A stretch of DNA of 63,975 nt, the filler included, from Bigelowiella natans CCMP2755 (lineage: Eukaryota; Protista; Cercozoa): the NCBI GenBank assembly GCA_000320545.1. It is 8 parts of 8 records of this genome, joined end to end, with 100 filler letters (N's around TTAATTAATTAA, not from the genome) between each part and the next. Parts side by side here need not be neighbours in the genome. Positions count along the whole stretch, not along the records: positions 40,589 to 48,853 come from ADNK01001030.1; positions 48,954 to 50,837 come from ADNK01001506.1; positions 50,938 to 56,742 come from ADNK01002858.1; positions 56,843 to 59,063 come from ADNK01002295.1; positions 59,164 to 62,723 come from ADNK01002174.1; 3 more parts are not named here. One strand, written 5' to 3'. A model generated the notes under the pieces. It worked only from the letters and a program-made list of their open reading frames with translations, searched no databases and was not told the origin of the DNA. Below are positions 46,922 to 60,980 of this stretch, in pieces. Both the position numbers and the translations under genes were made by a program. Numbering within the stretch: the first letter of the stretch is position 1; the number at the start of each line of letters is the position of its first letter.

Positions 46922-47647
46922 ACATTATCATCTTACAAAATGCAAAAGTCGACGAATTGCGGCATGGTGAGGTTCAATCCCGAGAGCACCTGCACAGCAG
47001 AAAGACGGCGGAAAAGAAGCATGCGAACAGCGTGAGCAGCAGATGACATGATAGCAGCACCTTCATCATCAGCAGCGTTCTCGACGCTCTCTGACCTTAT
47101 CAAGCTGTATTCTCACCACAGAGGCCTTCTTCGGGTCCCCGGAAGAGGCCATTTTGCGCAGCAGGACTGGCCGTTTTGGCGCCGCAAACAGCAAACAGAG
47201 ACACAAACACATACCATATCATTGCGATGGCGACGCTGCTGCTGCTGCTGATGATGATGGTGGGGATGATCGTCGTGTTGGTAGGAGGGAAGATGCTTGT
47301 AATTCGTTTCTCGTGGAAGCTAAAAGGAGCGGTAGTAGTAGTTGTGGAAGTCGTCGTAGTAGTAGCATGAGGTGCTGCATATATGCTACTACCAGGAGCC
47401 CCCGTGCACAGTGCGTCCATGTCCTCAGTCCCTTCGCAACGAGGCGGTGTTTGTCGTTAGAACACAAACCCGCAAACCCACAGACAGACACACAATGCAT
47501 GCAGCTGGCGCTGTCGGACTACTACTTCGTTACTACTACTACTACTACCACTACTACTACTACTACTAAAAATAATAATAAAAATTAATAATAATAATAA
47601 TAAAGGATCATACACTAAGGACACAAGACACTAATTTCTAAACGATG

Positions 47648-47697
<50 letters not shown>

Positions 47698-48853
47698 GAT
47701 GATGATGGTGATGAGACAGCGAACACACCAGTGGCGTCGACGAAGCCCTGAAGCAAAGGTTCGTGCGGAGTGAGGAGGAGGAGGAGGAGGAGAAGGAGGA
47801 TGATGATGGAAAAAATTGCGCGGTCGCGTTTAATAAATCTCCGATTTCGTAATAATAGAAGCAGATTTATTGTTAGCAGTAATAGCAATAGCAGCAGTTT
47901 GAGCAGCAGCCGTAGCTATGTAGCCATCTTGAGAGGAGATTCGAAAGGAGGATGATGACGACCTGCTTAGTGAGATGGGCACACTGCGCCTCAGCTTCGG
48001 ACGGAGCTTCTATGAAAGGAACTCCTGCGAAGTGTGTGTGTGTATGTGTGTGTGTGTGTGTGCGCGCGCGCGCGCGCGCGTGCTTGATTGAATTTCTTTG
48101 CATTTCGAGAGCTATCCACGAGTTATTTGTTTCCAAACGGCCCCGCACACCGCTCATTATGTTTGAACACACGACTGCTGTTGTTTGAGAAAACTGCTGG
48201 CTGCTATTCGCCATCGTCCCAGGGCTTGGTGCTTTGTTTGGTGTGCTCATTCATTCATTCCGTGGCTTTTTGCATGCTATCGTGTTTAGTGTGTGCTTCT
48301 TCATGTAGCGTCGTGGCACAGACACAACTATTATCAAAACTACTACTACTCCTACTACTGCTGCTGCTGCTGCTACTACTACTACTACCCATGTAGGCCA
48401 GCAGCCTTTTTGTGTCATTGACGTGCTATAAAGGCACAATATAGGCACCTTGTCAGTCATAGAAACCCCTTCCCCATCCCGTTCTTCCTCCTCCTCCTCC
48501 TCCATCATCGTCGCCCTCATTACTACCTACCGTCTCTCCCAACCCGTCATCATACCTGAGCCGTGACTTTCAGCGTCCGCTTGGCGAGCTTATTCGCCTT
48601 TTTGCAGGGAAAAACGCGCAGCACAACAGTGTGTGAGTGAAACCTCGCATCAAGAACACACAAAAACTCGAATATCGGTGGCGCGTGGGGAACGATTGCA
48701 ACTGAATGCTATCTCACCCCCCCCCCCTTTCATCTCCACCCCCCCCCCCCCCCCTCTCTTCTTCAGGGTGCATTTTCAACGATGTATTTTATTTTTTCTC
48801 CTCTATCACCAGGTCAACATCCATCTGCGATTTGGCGTCGGAAAGACCAATCT
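45110..48853 (-). CDS. FEN1: Flap endonuclease 1 (XPG/RAD2 family), 5' end lost in gap
   Basis: [89 protein letters not shown], PIP box QSSLLDFF; stop 45110-45112. Confidence 0.92.
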
Positions 48854-48953
48854 NNNNNNNNNNNNNNNNNNNNNNNNNNNNNNNNNNNNNNNNNNNNTTA
48901 ATTAATTAANNNNNNNNNNNNNNNNNNNNNNNNNNNNNNNNNNNNNNNNNNNN

Positions 48954-49520
48954 TCGTACGCGAGACAGGGGATCCAGTCAGGGTAGATCACGTAGTAGTT
49001 TATGTAGTAGTTCTCCATATTATTTAACTGTGTCAGAAGAAGACATAGAAATGAGCGCAGGATGAGCAGGAGTGTCACCTATTCTCAGACTTGATAGACC
49101 GCATCTCATACGGGACATATCTTGCGCACATAGCTCGGTTGGGGGGGGGGAGTACTATGCTTTATTTCTTATCATCACCACCACCGCAAAACCACCTGAA
49201 AATGGCCTCCATGGGAGGTCCATCGAAGCCTTTCCTATCTCCAATGGGAAGATCTCCTATGAACAATAACCGCTATGACGATGACGACGACGATGATGAT
49301 GATGATAATGATAACGGTGAGGGGGAGGGGGGGGGATGGTGAGGGTGCGACGACATCAAGATCTAATTAACCGAATGATGATGTTTTGCGATTGATATAG
49401 ACGGAGATTAGAGACATATGTACCGGCAATCGTGAAAACAAAACCGTCGTTCGTGACCCTTCGCACACGCTGATTGAAGGTGTCGGTAACATACAAGTTG
49501 TCCTCTTCCTCATCCACCTG

Positions 49521-49556
<36 letters not shown>

Positions 49557-50024
49557 GTTATCATTGTTAGAGCAGTGGCAGTAGCAGCTCGTAGTAATGA
49601 TGGTAATAATAATGCGAATAACAATAATAGCTCAGAAGTGGTGAAAGATGCTCTGCTAGGCTCTGTGTCTCTCAATATAATTCACGCGAAAGCTATTCGT
49701 ATGCGACTTTTCTATACACAGAGAATAAATGACACGCTCCCCCCGCCCCTCCCCCCTCCCCTAGCCCCTGGCGTCGATAGCACTCGCAAAAGCAGACCGT
49801 AACGCCGAAGGGAGTGGCAAAACCGATCTGGAAAATAAAATACCAAAGGCGTTTGCAGCAGTAGAATTCTTCGTCATTGCGGGATCGTCAATCGATAGTT
49901 GTCACTACTACTACTACTACTACTACTACTACCTACTACCTACTACCTACTACCTACTACTACCACCAAAACTACTATGAATCACTACCTTCAGAGCCTC
50001 ACCGTCTGCGAAACCTTGAGTCGC

Positions 50025-50093
<69 letters not shown>

Positions 50094-50700
50094 ATATCAT
50101 CCCATGATGCACACAACGACAAACGTATTAGTTACGACTACTCATCATTCTTGTGTGTGCGTATGGATGTTGCGCGCTCATAATCACACGAACTCCGAGA
50201 AAACCCATCCCTCTCAAACATCCCCCCCCCCCCTCTTCCCTTTTTTTTTTCCGATGCATCTAGTTCCACGAAACACAGTGTTTCAAAAAAAGGGGAGAGG
50301 ATAGCTGTTTCCATGACTACTATTGATGTCAAGAAATGCATCGACGTTTCGGTCGCTATAAGTCCACGCTGCGGTCGGACTAAATAGAGCGGTTTTATTC
50401 TATCGATCGTGCATTCAAAGGAGCACCCTCATATCCTCTGCCAGCATGAGTTGCAACGACCCCATCAGGGTAGACCTTATTGTTGTCAAATACGAATGTT
50501 GGTTAGGAAATAGCAAGATGAATTTCGCACTAAATTGAAGACAGAGAGAGCTCCAGCGATTGCCATGAGCCCCCCCCCCCCCCACACCCCACCCCCTCCC
50601 CATTTTGTGCGTCTGGACCGACTTTCCGTATTTTGTGGCCTCTAGCTTCGGCGACGTATAGCATCTTTGTGCGGCCCGGTCTGGCTGTTATTTCGTCCAT
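48954..50700 (-). CDS. NHL-repeat protein, internal fragment
   Basis: Exons MLYVAEARGHKIRK|VYPDGVVATHAG, GFADGEG, FATPFGVT|VDEEEDNLYVTDTFNQRVRRVTNDGFVFTIAG, GFDGPPMEAIF. Confidence 0.8.
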
Positions 50701-50937
50701 GTGCGAAATAAATCCAACCCAAACAAAATCTGTCCAGGTTTTCCCACTGCCCCGTTGCATCATGCAATCGTGGGAGGGGTCAATCCCGAAAAAGGAGGGG
50801 AGGGGGGCGAGGGAACAGCCGGGAGGGGGGGTCCCCGNNNNNNNNNNNNNNNNNNNNNNNNNNNNNNNNNNNNNNNNNNNNTTAATTAATTAANNNNNNN
50901 NNNNNNNNNNNNNNNNNNNNNNNNNNNNNNNNNNNNN

Positions 50938-51541
50938 CAACACCAAAATATACTGAGTTTAAGTTAACCCAGACAAGATTCGTCCGGTTTTCCCGGCGCC
51001 TCCCTCCTCCTTTGTCGCCGATGAAGAGAAACTGCGTACACTGACGTACGGCAAAGGTTACACCAATAAATCGGGTTTCACCAATGGCTATCAGAGCATT
51101 TTCATCAAAGAGATTCCCGAAGATACTGGAGGGCCAAAGTCTTATGCTAAAAAAAAAAGAGGATACGGGTGTATGAGTGTGTGTGTGTGTTGGCGTTTTG
51201 TGAAGCGGGGGGGGAAGAACGACGGTCAATAATTCAAGGCATTAATATATAGATTTATATATATCTGTGTGTGTGTGTGGGTGTGACAATACCATTGAAT
51301 ACTTTGATGATATCGAAGACGGTGATGAAGACGAAGAATATGAGGATGATGATGATGATGATGACGATGAGTCTCTTCTCTTTGCTGCTCGAATATCAAA
51401 GAAACGACAAGAAACACAAGAACAAACAAACCTATTTCCCCTCCCCCCTCCCCCCAAATAAATACGGCTCAATAAACACATCAATAGCTAACTCGTACCA
51501 CCGCCTCCTCCTACTACTGGTATTTCGCCTCTCTTTCTCTC

Positions 51542-51619
<78 letters not shown>

Positions 51620-52041
51620 CCCCCCCCCCCCCCCCCCTCCTCACCTTGTCGCCACTTAGAGTTCCATTTGCCAGTTCCGACACAAGCTGGATCCCCATTA
51701 GATGTTGAGGCCGTAGTCCCGGCTTGGATCTTCCGGCTAAAGAACAAGCGAACAACAAGTGACAGCTTCATGCCAGAGTTCAAACAGGCTGGGTGATGGC
51801 TGCGGTGGATCATCCACCCATCCCCAAGAAGGACAAGTGACTTGAACTCCTCACCTCTAATGTTGTGGATACGCAGCATGAAACCCAGTAGCGCTGCATA
51901 GGCGATGGAGTTCCGCAGAATCTGCCCGCCGCCCTCCAAAAGCGACCCATCCACAACTTTCTTGTCCCTCTCCGTGCTTTCCATCGGCGATGCCGTCGTC
52001 GTCCCTTGGGCGCCGCGCTCCTCCTCACCCTCAACCTCCAT
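50938..52041 (-). CDS. RTCA: RNA 3'-terminal phosphate cyclase, 5' part
   Basis: VDGSLLEGGGQILRNSIAYAALLG..RIHNIR|GRSKPGLRPQHLMGIQLVSELANGTLSG; truncated by gap. Confidence 0.88.
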
Positions 52042-52819
52042 TATCTGGAGCAAGCACGAACTTTGCAGGAAAGTTCTCCGAGATGCACACGAGTTTTAGA
52101 CAACAGAACAATCTCTGACGATCTCCATGATTTCCGACGAAAGGATCGCTCAAAATGTCCTGGGTTTTCTCGGGAATTATCAGGATTTTTGTCGATATTC
52201 AGCAACAGTTAGGCGTCCAACAAGCAATTCCCGACCCGTTTATTTGAAAGGGCACCAGAATACGGGTTATCGTAGGTTGCAAGTTAGTGGCGATTTTGGA
52301 ATTTTCGTATCGACGTACATCCGAAGATGGAATGAGAAACTGCAGTTTGGCCAACAGAGACATCACCATCAGGTATCCCGGAGCTTCTAAAACACATCAC
52401 CGACAGAAATTATTAAAATAGAGCGAATGATGAATGTCGTAATTTAAATATGTAAAATTTTTCTCCAATATTACATTCCGATATGCTTCGCTATTGGGCT
52501 TAAAAACCGACTGGAGCAGTTAGCTTCCCCTCGTATCTTCCTCTCACGTATATTAAATCCCGTGTAATTTATTTTGACGACACAAAAGAATAGTAAAATT
52601 GAAGAAGACGACATGCATTTTGCACTTTTGATGTTTCTTTCTGGACGATTTAGGTCAGAAACCTGTTTATCAGTTTGAAACAGAACCAACCCCCTCCACA
52701 GTGAGAGAGCTCCAGCTGCTTGCTCCTCCCTGCCTTCCTTTGCACGTTTGGGCATCTCACCAAAGGACCTGGCCATACAGTCGATAAACGGGAATATATA
52801 AGATAGTCGATTTCGGTCT

Positions 52820-54324
52820 ATGTCTCGCTCCCCAGGGGCAACAAGTCCCAATAACGGCCTTTCTCTAAAATCGGTAATCTATCTTAATTTGTAGCCTACC
52901 AGCCGCATCAGAAGTAGAGGGAAGAATTAGCTCGACCCTACCTGGTTTCCACAAATCGGGGAAGGGGTCGCTTCCTATGTGTGGAATTTCCTGTCGGAGA
53001 GAGATGCCAAAGACAATCATATCATTGCCTCAAGAGAGATCGTTGACTCTTTTTCAGGATAGCACAGACATCGATGAGGAATCCCGCTTTCCAGCATCTC
53101 AATTCATATCTGCAGATGACGTGGTACATCATTTCTAAATTTAGTCTGTGGTTCGCGCCTCTGATGATCTAATAGCATCAACGGATTGCTGTTCGCGTTG
53201 TTCTGAAGAACTCACTTTCCTCCGGCCCACTTCTTTGTGCACAGACCAGAGTCAATCAGACGAGGATCATCGAAGGCTACCTTAAGAAGAAAAGCCCGAA
53301 AGGATTGCCAGGACTAAAAGCATGGCAACAGGTTCTGCTGGGGGGGGAGGTGGGGGGTGCTGAATTATGATGATACGATCTTGTTAGTCTCATTTGGGTT
53401 GGTGTGCTTTGATTGATTCCTCCCAGCGCTACTTCGTGCTGACCCCCGAAAAACTAAAGTACTTCCACGATCCATCTTGTGCCAAAACGCTTGGGGCCAT
53501 TCCAGTCCTAATGGTATGCGGGGTGTGTTTTGCTGTGAGTCGCAATGTCATTGTTGATGATGCATTCGCAACTGCAGATTGAGAAAGTGGATATAAGCAA
53601 GCTGGATCGAGAGTACCGTTTCGATCTTATCTTGAGCGGAGAGCAATCTAGGAAATTTAACCTGAGAGCGAGCAATAAGGTGAAGCCACCACGTCGTGCA
53701 TGATGAGATCACCGGAGGCACATATCGTATGCGGCGCTCATTGAGGCGATGTGTGTGTGTGTGTGTTGTGCGTGTGTGCAACAGGCAATGGCTACCAAAT
53801 GGCACCTCGCATTGATGGAGACCTTGGAACTAGCTAAATCTGAGGGAGATAGAAAGAAAATGAGGTCGCATTGTGTAAATACGATTCACTACCACGCGCG
53901 TCCTATGATTTAGCTAACGACTATCGTTCGGTGTTTCGAAATTGCAGAGATTTCTCAAATAAATACTGGAAGGAGCAGCCTGCAGATAAAGGCAAGAGCA
54001 TCCAGAGACATGATTTGTTGATAGTACGATATTAGTGAGGGAGAGAGGGAGAGAGAGAGAGAGAGAGAATATATTGCGTCGGAAGCGCGAACGTGTGCTC
54101 GTGGTAACCCCCTTCTCGTCTCCCTCCTCCTCATCCAACCACGTACAACAATTCTAACTTCAGAGCAAGCTGGGCCCTCTCCAGTGGAGCGAGCTTTAGC
54201 TCATTTGGTAATAGTAGTAATAATAAGAACGATTATTGACACCAAGAAGAAGAAGAAGAAGAAGAATTCTCGTTTTGTATCTACCCCCAGCAAATTAGAG
54301 CAACCCAGGACAATTGCCATTTAC

Positions 54325-54358
<34 letters not shown>

Positions 54359-55047
54359 TTGTGCGTGAGCCGGTCCTTCGCCAACAAGAGATCTCCTGAG
54401 CAACGGCTGAAACACACTACAATACGTTGTTGCAGACGGAGAAGAACGAAGTGAAATCTCTCCACGGAATTGGTAAGGACAGCCCAGAGCTTTTCCTCCT
54501 CACAACAGCGCTTCTGCATGGCTTAAGGTCGGAACGTTCACAAACACCATTTCTCTACTATCGCTTTGTCGGCACCTTTGTCGCAGAAGTTCTCCTTGCT
54601 TTTCGGGGAAAGTCATTTTTTGGGGTTGGCCCTTTTTCTGTCCCCTTTGCCCCCCCCCCCCCCCCCCCCGTTTCCCACGTGTTTTGTTTCGCCCTTTTCT
54701 CTAGCTTTTTCCATCGCTTAAACGTTCTTTTCCCTTCCGTATCTCGTCGACTCAACGATGCAAATTGATATGGATTTGTACTTTGTGTGCGTGCGTGCGT
54801 GTTGTGTGTAGGTTTGCTTTGCGTGAGTGTGCGCTTTGGAGAAAAGTCTTCATGGAAATAGACCACATCTCGGATATGAAGGTGGACAACGGAGTCAAAC
54901 TGCAGGTGTGTTGTGCGCCATCACAGAAGAACAATCTACATCCAACCGTGCATTAGCAGCAGCAGCAGCGGCGGCGGCCAGGCACTCGCTTTTATCTGAA
55001 AGCAACCAGCATCAGCTCCAATCTATACACATGCGCCCGATATAGAT

Positions 55048-55086
<39 letters not shown>

Positions 55087-55104
55087 TATCACTTGAATAC
55101 TACA

Positions 55105-55142
<38 letters not shown>

Positions 55143-55301
55143 CAAACACCGGAAATAATGCATCCTCATCTCTGCCTGCCACTTCTCCTGACAATTTACC
55201 CCCCCACCCCCCCCTCCTTCGAAAAGGTGACTGCGGAACTCAGGGAGAAACCCACCGATCCTTTACCCAAATTCGCAGTGGTGTGTAGGAAAATATTTAA
55301 A

Positions 55302-55332
<31 letters not shown>

Positions 55333-55365
55333 ATATACATATATTTTATTCAAATACTTGCCTGC

Positions 55366-55422
<57 letters not shown>

Positions 55423-55597
55423 GCGGCGTCCTGTTTCATAAGGGCGAGGAGGAACGATGGAGACGTGTTGACTCCTCCTCCTCCTTTCCCTTCCTCCTGC
55501 TGGTGATTCTGCTTCTACCGTGCTTGCGCTACGTGATAATGATAATAATAATAATAATGACAACAACAACAACACGCTCACACTCTTATCCGCCAAC

Positions 55598-55633
<36 letters not shown>

Positions 55634-56396
55634 GATCGAAGCTAGCAAAATACGTCAACGGTACCGCGGACTACTCAGGCTGCCGGCTCGAGGTTTCGGT
55701 TCCGGGACTGCTCGACCTAAACAAAGGAGAGGTGTGTAGCCGTTAAAATAGAGTAGGCCGTGTCATCGAGAAGCAACGCGCACGCACACGCACGCGCACG
55801 CGGAGCACTTCTCCTCTTCATGTGTTGTTTGGTCCTTCGTCGTCGTCGTCGCACACTAGATGAGAATAAAGATCGTTGGGGAAGAGAAGCAGCAGTACGG
55901 CATTGCTCGGATAACTGTCAGTGGTATGGTTATTACACCATCAGAACGAGCGAATGGGCAAGGAGGGCAGAGGAGTGGATGGGGTGAAAGCAAAGGAGAG
56001 AAACCAATGATGCCCTTTTTTAGAAAAAAATAAAGATCTCTCCCCCTCAACTGTTCCGTTTCCGACCACTGCCTCATGCCCCCCCCCCACACTCATAGAT
56101 CTCCTCAAGATTGACAAGTCACGCAGCATCAACATAGAAGGCGGAAAGGTCGGTCCCAACGCTGCTACGTGCGCGCACATGCACGCGCACTTAGTCGGCA
56201 GACCCATTCGCAATGGCGGACAATGGCTTCTTCGCTCTGTTCTTCATTGCTCTTTTTTGTGCTACGCAGGGAGGAAAGCTGATGCTCCGGGCGGAGATGG
56301 TGGCGGAGTCGATGGAGACCCCCAGCGGAGGAGAGTTCAATGTAGAAAATGGCCATATTATACAACATCGTATACGTGAATATCGGTGTGCGTGCA

Positions 56397-56446
<50 letters not shown>

Positions 56447-56742
56447 CATGCACATGCATTCGTGATGATGGTGGTGGTGGTGATGATGATGATTGTGAAC
56501 AGTTGATGCAATCTCTGCCCCCTTCTCACGAAACGCAGTTGCATCCTTTCTTTGCATTGAGCAAACGATGCCGCCGCCCCTCCCCCCACCCCCCCCTTAT
56601 CTTTTTTGAGTTTCAAATTCCTCACACTGTAATCATCATCATTATAATCATCATCTAGACCGAGATAAAGTATGAGTACGGGAGGCACACAGCCCCAGGG
56701 ATTTTAGAGTTTCCAAAGGAGACGCCAGATCTCAAGGACGGT
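52820..56742 (+). CDS. PH-domain protein (possibly with a downstream C2-like region), 3' end lost in gap
   Basis: IEGYLKKKSPKG..AWQQ|RYFVLTPEKLKYF..KTLGAIPV|IEKV..RFDLIL..KFNLRASNK|..KWHLAL; later exons YGIARITVS|DLLK..GKLMLRAEMV resemble a C2 end; start is tentative. Confidence 0.72.
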
Positions 56743-57047
56743 NNNNNNNNNNNNNNNNNNNNNNNNNNNNNNNNNNNNNNNNNNNNTTAATTAATTAANN
56801 NNNNNNNNNNNNNNNNNNNNNNNNNNNNNNNNNNNNNNNNNNGCGCGCGCGCGCGCGCGCGCGCGCGCGCGCGCGCGCGCGCTCGCTCGAGCGCTCGCTA
56901 TTGAATGTTTTTATATGTGTCTGTCTGTCCCCCCCTGCCCCCGCCCGTGCAGAGAGATATAGAAATAAAAAAACAACCCCCCCCCCCACAAGAGAGAGGG
57001 GGGGGCGCGCGCGCACGCTCTCCCCCACACATACATACATACACACA

Positions 57048-57078
<31 letters not shown>

Positions 57079-57079
57079 A

Positions 57080-57155
<76 letters not shown>

Positions 57156-57172
57156 CCACCATCATATTATCA

Positions 57173-58622
57173 GCTGGAATTACTCGGGGGTTCTCACATG
57201 AAACGAGCAATTGAGGGCTACTCCAAGGTGTTTGCTTATAAAGCAGCAGGAATGCAGGCTACATCGTATAATCCTCCCTCTTGTTGTTGTTGTTGTTGTT
57301 GTTTTCTTTCTTTATCTTCCTGCAGGGGCTACGACTGGAGCAAATGGACTGGGATACGACATCAGATCTAATACCCTTCGAGCTAGATCTCGGGCCTGTG
57401 ACCGCGCTCATCCTCCTCTCCTTCGACCTCAAGTCGGTGGAAGAGCTGCGGCAGCGCGAGGAGAGCCTCAAGAGAGAAGGGCAGCAACCACGGCAGGAAC
57501 AACAACAACAACCACAACAACAACAACAACAACAAAAACCAGGCGGCGGCAGCGGCGGGGGGTTTGAGGGACTAATGATGGCAGGGGGGAGGAGCGTAGC
57601 AGATCTTGCTGCAAGGGCAGGAGCAATAGATTCTTCTTTTGCAACGCCACTCTCCTCCTCCTCCTCCTCCTCCTCCTCCTCCTCTTCTTCTCCATACTTC
57701 TCTTCCACAGAGCCATCGTCGAAGATCGTACCGCAGTGGTCACTGAAAGGCGTGATATTCGCGTCCCACTGCCGTCATGTGCCGGCGCAAATCATCAAGT
57801 AATAATAGTGAAGTACCCAAGGCCAAGGCCACATAGGGCCAGGGGGGGGGGGGGGGAGGGCGGATAACCTGTTTCATGTCTGATATAATAGCCGCTACCG
57901 ATCATCGTCGCAGCGTGTACATCTCCAACCACCACGCTGTGTGAAACTGATTGATCGTCATGCTTTGTACACTGCGTAGGCTCGATGATGACGAGATGGT
58001 GCTCTCCATCGAGCCTCGATGGAGGCCCATCACAGCCGACGATGTGCGGCAAAATGTCGTCGACTTGATAACCAAGGAGCCCGCCCAAGGCCGAAATGCC
58101 AACGGAATGCGCGAGGGCTCCTCCGCAAAGAGGGGTGGGGCAAAGGCTTCTTCTGCCTCCTCTTCCCGCCCCTCTCGTGATGTTGGTAGCAGCGGCAGTG
58201 TCGAGGAGGGTAACGCTCGGAATGATGATGATGATGCGGCTACTTCGCCGGAGGTCTCATCGTCTAATCCCCCCCCTCCTCCCTCGATTTTCCCCGCGGC
58301 GCAGTTGACGTCAGCTTCTGCTATGGAGGAGGACGAAATCGTATTTGATGATATTGAGCTAGAGGAAGATGAATATGCAGCTGCTTTAGCTTCCTCTTCC
58401 TCCTCCTCCTCCTCCTCTCCATCTCTTGGAGGAGGAGAGGCAAAGAGCAATACGGCGGCGCTCAGTGTGACGACTGAGGAGCTTATGGACGCCATCGACA
58501 CGATCGATTTGCAGCTGATTGCTGATTTGGCCAATCTGTGGACGGAAGACTCGGGGCCTCTACGGTAGTGGTCTACTACTACTACTACTACTACCACTAC
58601 TGCTATGTCTTTGCTGCACAAT

Positions 58623-58684
<62 letters not shown>

Positions 58685-58937
58685 CCAGCCGATGCGCCGC
58701 TCACGGATTGACGTGCCATCAGGTACACCCGAGTACAGGCCGTAGAGGATAGCAACGAAGGGAGGGGGGGGGGCGAGGAGGAGGAGGAGGGGGAGGAGGA
58801 GGGCCTCGAGAAGGATGAAAGCAGTGACGATGTGCGGCCTCGTCGCTCTCGTCGCATGAGTCGTCGAGCCCGTAGTGGTAGCAGCAGCCGCAGATCTACT
58901 TCGGGGAGGCGTCGAAAAACCATTAGAGAATTAGAGG
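57173..58937 (+). CDS. Hypothetical multi-exon protein, internal fragment
   Basis: GT-AG-bounded protein-like exons (GLRLEQMDWDTTSDLIPFELDLGPV.., VLSIEPRWRPITADDVRQ.., IDLQLIADLANLW) separated by low-complexity inserts; family not recognised. Confidence 0.5.
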
Positions 58938-58957
58938 GTAAAGTCCTTCCCCCCTCA

Positions 58958-58995
<38 letters not shown>

Positions 58996-59163
58996 TACAT
59001 ATAATACAATACCTTGTTGAGCTATTTTCATTTTACTTCTCGCAGCGTTGGGTTATACCTTCCNNNNNNNNNNNNNNNNNNNNNNNNNNNNNNNNNNNNN
59101 NNNNNNNTTAATTAATTAANNNNNNNNNNNNNNNNNNNNNNNNNNNNNNNNNNNNNNNNNNNN

Positions 59164-60698
59164 ATCCAAATGGCCATTTTGGGAACCCAAAGTCAACGGC
59201 GTATCACCTGGTGGTACACGATACCACAATTGACACAAAACAACAATGAATAATGCATGCAATACAAACTACTATCCTCGACTCATTATCTGATAATCAA
59301 CCTCTGCGAATAGTAGTTCATGACCCATGATGAACCGCAACCCACATCGGTACTATCCTCACTGTGTGTGTGTGCTCTTTCCTAGTGATACTACTACCAA
59401 TGCTACCGCTACTAATGCTACTAATAATGTCAATGCTCAGTCTAGCAGTCCTGTCATTCATCAATCATGCTACTTCAACTCCTAATCTTTTTGCTTGCCA
59501 TTAAATGCTGTTGCCTCATCTACTGCTGCTACTATTGTTATTTAGTATTAATCCAACATCTCTACGGTCATTCACCCAACACCGCAACAACTGCCTAAAT
59601 GATAGCAATGCTGCGGCTGCGGTTCCGGCTGCTACCCACCATCATTGTCCTTCGCCTCGATGTTTGCCTTTATACCAACCAGGTACTTGACGGTCTCCAA
59701 ATGGCCATTGTGAGAACCCCAAAGCAACGGCGTAGCACCTGGTGGTACGCGATCCCACAATTGGCGCAAAACAACAATGAATAATGCATGCAATGCAAAC
59801 TACTATCCTCGACTCATTGTCTGATAATCAACCTCTGCGAGTAGTTCATGACCCATGATGAACCGCAACCCACATCCGTACCAACCTCACTGTGTGTGTG
59901 CTCTTTCCTAGTGATACTACTACCAATGCTACTGCTACTAATGCTACTACTAATGTCAATGCTCAGTCTAGCAGTCCCATCATTCACTACTCATGCTACT
60001 TCAACTCCTAATCTTTTTGCTTGCCAATAACTGATGTTGTCTCATCTACTGCTACTACTATTGTTATTTAGAATTAATCCAATATTTCTACGGTCATTCA
60101 ACCAACACCACAGCAATTGCCTAAATGACAGCAATGCTGCGGCTCCGGCTCCGGCTGCTACCCACCATTCTTGTCCTTCGCCTCGATGTTTGCCTTCATG
60201 TCAACCAGGTACTTCACGGTGTCCAAATCACCATTTTGGGAACCCAAAAGCAACGGCGTATCACCTGGTGGTACGCGATCCCACAATTGACGCAAAACAA
60301 CAATGAATAATGCATGCAATACAAACTACTATCCTCGACTCATTGTCTGACAATCAACCTCTGCGAATAGTAGTTCATGACCCATGATGAACCGCAACCC
60401 ACATCCGTACAAACCTCACTGTGTGTGTGTGTGTGTGTGCTATTTCCTAGTGCTACTACTACCACTACTAATGCTACTAATGCTACTACTAATGTCAATG
60501 CTCAGTCTAGCAGTCCCATCATTCACTACTCATGCTACTTCAACTCCTAATCTTTTTGCTTGCCAATAACTGATGTTGTCTCATCTACTGCTCCTAGTGC
60601 TGTCATTGAATATTAATCCAACATCTCTACGGTAATTCACTTAACACCGCAACAACTGCCTAAATGCTAGCAATGCTGCGGCTGCGGCTGCTACCCAC
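59164..60698. repeat. Tandem repeat of about 530 bp, about 2.9 copies (ankyrin exon + intron)
   Basis: Equivalent TCCAAAT positions at 59165, 59696 and 60222; introns are highly similar between units. Confidence 0.95.
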
Positions 60699-60759
60699 CG
60701 TTATCGTTTTTGTGCTCGAAAAGTGACTTCAGAGAGCCGGCTTTGAAGATGTAAGACAT
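59164..60759 (-). CDS. Ankyrin-repeat protein, one repeat per 99-nt exon; 3' end lost in gap
   Basis: Exons 60166-60264 (GDTPLLLGSQNGDLDTVKYLVDMKANIEAKDKN), 59640-59738 (GATPLLWGSHNGHLETVKYLVGIKANIEAKDND) and 59164-59207 (partial); start is tentative. Confidence 0.85.
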
Positions 60760-60980
60760 TGTCCCACTGCGTGCAATGCAATGGCAATACGGCGGGGGAG
60801 ATAGGGAGAGATGGCTGGCTTTCTTGCCCCGTGACAGATTATGCGAAATATTATTTTGAACAATATTTTTCATGCTCACTTGTTTCCGCCTCCAATTTCC
60901 CTTTATTTTTCTTTCAAAATCAGCATTTCAGGACAAAATCGGGCGTGTTCTGATTTTCACAATTCTCAGATTCTCCTGAC

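Noticed and set aside
59505-60569. Plus-strand ORFs with signal-peptide-like poly-Leu starts in the 530-bp repeat
   Set aside because: Poly-Leu derives from (CTA/CTG)n intron microsatellites; the coding signal is the minus-strand ankyrin exons.
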